Source: Paraspadella gotoi (Eukaryota; Animalia; Chaetognatha). Taken from it: DNA of 64,000 nt. The position numbers and the translations under genes are program-made. Below are positions 60,897 through 64,000 of this stretch, piece after piece. Numbering within the stretch: the first letter of the stretch is position 1; every line of letters starts with the position of its first letter. The notes beneath the pieces were generated by a model. That model was given only the letters and a program-made list of their open reading frames with translations, was not told the DNA's origin and searched no databases. Location of the stretch: positions 2,845,758-2,909,757 of the forward strand of contig CM119265.1 of assembly GCA_051294375.1 (NCBI GenBank). Reading direction: 5' to 3'.

Positions 60897-63325
60897 TCAG
60901 ATACAATGACAGTATTTTTTGAGTTCTTGTCCGTGATACAGTGAGAGGAGTTTCCGTACCAATTGATTCTGCTGACATCGCCCTCTAGAGTCATCGGTTG
61001 ATGCGCCTTGGGATCAGCGGTCTCCCAAACACGGACCGTTCCTAAAAAAAGAGGAAGGCTTCTCTTTATTTTTTACTTTTTTTGTGCGCCTTTTTTTTCT
61101 CCTATTTTTATCCCGTTTTTTGTGCGTCGCGGCCCGCAAATATATTTAAAATACCGNNNNNNNNNNNNNNNNNNNNNNNNNTTTCTTGTTTTTCATTGAG
61201 TTTCTATTTATTTTTAATTCATAACTCATATTGTATTATGCTTATTTTTACAGAAACTTTACTTCTGCTATCACGTAATTAACTGAAAATACGAATATGT
61301 AATAAGAAAGTGGGTGTGGCGACTGACGACTGATGAAATACCTTGAAATTTATTTTCCTTATTTTTCCCTTCAATTCCCCCACCATTTTCTTCTTCCACT
61401 TTCCCAACCTTCCAACAGGGCATTCCCAGGAATTGTCTCAACTCCCACCATCAAATTCTTCGAAGCCAAAACTCGTTTCCCGTAGATAAAATGATCAGTA
61501 ATCGGAGCGTTGGGTTGTTTGAGGAACTGAATTCAAATTAATAAAAATAAATAAAGAGATGAGATAAAAAGTAAATGGAAAACGAGAACAAAATGACATT
61601 TAATTATCTCGCCATACGGGTTTAAGCCCGTCTTGGCGTAGATAATCGTTGAGAATTGCTTCTTTGTGTCGCTGTCGTCATCGTCGTCACGCTTCTTTAC
61701 AATTGGAAATTGTAAAAGTGTGTAACCCTAAGAAGCTCTCTCTCTCACTCACTTATTTACGATGGATGACTCATCGCATCAATGAATGACTATCATCGCA
61801 TCAATTATTGGTTATCATCGCATCAATCTTTGGTTATCATCACATCAATTATTGGTTATCATCGCATCAATCTTTGATTATCATCGCATCAATATTTGGT
61901 TATCATCGTATCAATAATCAATTACTATTACATCAATCAATCAATTAACTACTATTACATCATTCAATCAATTACTGTTACATCAATAATTCGTTATTGC
62001 ATCAATCATTCTTTTTTTTTTTTTTAAGTAATTTTTTTTAATAGTAACTTTTGGCAAAATCACTCTACTTTCAAGATTTTTTTAAATGAAAAAATATCAA
62101 TAAAATAATTATCGAAAACTCATAAGCTAATAATACCTTGAGATAATGTTCGGAAGATTCGGTAGCATAGGCGTCTTTGATTTGATTGAGAGAAAGACGA
62201 GAACAGAGGTTTTCATGCGGTTTGAGATCTTTGTTTATCTAATTTAAAAATATAATAAATACTAAATTACTATTGTATGGAAAACGCATTTGCAAAGGGT
62301 GAAAAAAGAAAATGAGATGTTTGAATTAGCATAAAACAATGTGATGATTATAAACCTGGTCTATGAGGAACTTGGCCACCTTGATCACGACCGGATGTTC
62401 GACCGACATCTCGCTGAGCTTTTGACAGGTGCAGAAGTGAGACGGTTGATGGTAGCGTCCTCGCAGGTGTGCGATTTTCAGGGACGCGAGTAAAAAGCGA
62501 ATAGCGAATCTGACGTCGGAAACAAAGGGAAGATTCGTCGTTGACCTGGATGAAGAGGGCAGAGTGATTCATTTTGATTACATTTGACGTCACTTCACTG
62601 AAAATATTTAAATTCAAACCGAGTCCATTGATAGAAAATCGCAAGGAAAAATTTATAGAAGCTATCACACTTAAATCTTCGTTATTAGTGAATTCAGTGT
62701 ATTGAACTATTGCGCACTTATGCATTGTACAGTATATTTACAAGTATTTTATTATTTTCTCTTTCCCGTTACTTTTTTTCATTTTCTCATCATTCATTAA
62801 GTTCTAATTCCATCAATCACGCCTTGAGGCAAGATAAATTTCAAAATACTCCCCCTCCTTTCTTAAAGATAGCAAATGTTAAAAAATCCTTTCCCCCCAA
62901 GTGTTAATCACCTGTTTATCTTTTTCCCGCCAAGATCCGCCAGATCCAACAGAGTCTCATAAAGATCAAAATGCGTTGTCAATCGACGCGAGTTTCTCCT
63001 CAAATTTCTAACTTGTCGGTCCAAGATTCTCTCGGTTCTCCTCCTCTTTCTCCCTCTGCCTCTTTCTTCATGCCGGTTCTCCTGTCCTCTGTTCTGTTTG
63101 CTTCTCGACTCATTTTGTCACTTCTAGCTTTATTTTCTTCTCTCCTTCCATCTTCTCCTTGCTCGGTTCTTCGCTGCCGCCCAGACCTCCTCGATCTTTC
63201 TGGGCAAAATCACGTACATCATCGGCAAGCCTCTTCTCGAAGGCTTCCGGCAAACGTTTCCCGAATGGGCGCGCGTGTCGTGATCGGTGTCGGGTAGAAG
63301 AGAGACAAGGAGTCGGAGTGAATCT
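60897..63325 (-). CDS. DUF229-family protein 4, other copy (inverted)
   Basis: Reverse complement of 49181-51608 with SNPs and small intronic indels. Confidence 0.8.
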
Positions 63326-63609
63326 CTGAAGAATGTCCACTTGATTAATCTCGATGGCGATATTGGGCGTAAAGGGAAAATATGTCCGTCCCACCTTAGC
63401 AAAAAACACCAATTACTCGTGATTGGATGGATTGATTGGAATGAAATATTGTGTGTGGGTCGGAAAGTGTGTGATTTAGCTGGAAATCAAGTTTCGATGG
63501 AATCGTTTGAGTGGAAATGAGTTTAAATAGAAAAAAATAAAAAAACCTGTTTCACTAATTGATTACGTTGCTTTTTCTTTTTATATTAAATGTAAATCAA
63601 ATAATTATT

Positions 63610-64000
63610 TTTTAACTCACATCATTTTTTAACTCGCATCATTTTTTTTATCTAGCTCCATTTCTCTAACTCACCTAGTTTTTTAATCTTGCATAATTTT
63701 TTAAACTTGCATAATTTTTTTAACTTGCATAATTTTTTTAACTTGCATAATTTTTTTAACTTGCATAATTTTTTTAACTTGCATAATTTTTTTAACTTGC
63801 ATAATTTTTTTAATTTGCATAATTTTTTTTGATTTGCATAATTTTTTTTAATTTGCATAATTTTTTAAACTTGCATAATTTTTTAAACTTGCATAATTTT
63901 TTCATCTTGCATAATTTTTTCGACTTACAAAATTTGTTAAATTTGCATAATTTTTTAAACTTGCATAATTTTTTCAGCTTGCAAAATCTTTTCAACTTGC
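63610..64000. repeat. Inverted copy of the end of the 18-bp minisatellite
   Basis: Reverse complement of ~45500-45800. Confidence 0.95.

Noticed and set aside
54399-64000. Recent segmental duplication of the transporter, Tctex1 and DUF229-4 genes
   Set aside because: Better explained as an uncollapsed haplotype joined at 25-N gaps and fold-backs; cannot be fully excluded without read depth.

Overview
AT-rich, intron-containing animal genomic DNA from an error-prone long-read or gap-filled assembly. Roughly half of the window is redundant: 1-15.6 kb holds three copies of one locus (one direct repeat, fold-backs), and 37.5-64 kb holds what look like two haplotypes of another locus, partly inverted. 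The non-redundant genes, reconstructed by hand from GT-AG exons, are: the 3' end of a RalGDS/RGL-like gene (Ras-association domain); an unannotated multi-exon gene with a decayed protein-kinase-like N-terminus and an apparently intact C-terminal region; a cluster of DUF229 (alkaline-phosphatase superfamily) genes (two full-length, one deleted pseudogene, one partial); an SRSF3/Rbp1-like SR protein with an intronless CDS; an SLC35G/EamA transporter; and a Tctex1-domain gene. Mobile DNA includes a Penelope-like retroelement (GIY-YIG endonuclease) with a hammerhead-like motif, a solo minimal hammerhead ribozyme, two tRNA-derived SINE families, a hAT-type MITE with an 8-bp TSD, MITEs with telomere-like GGGTTA cores, Helentron/DINE-like repeats, an 18-bp minisatellite, and an LTR-like remnant joined to a CCA-bearing 3' half of tRNA-Leu. 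No clear-cut new system is demonstrated. All family assignments come from motif recognition, not database searches, and exon boundaries are approximate.
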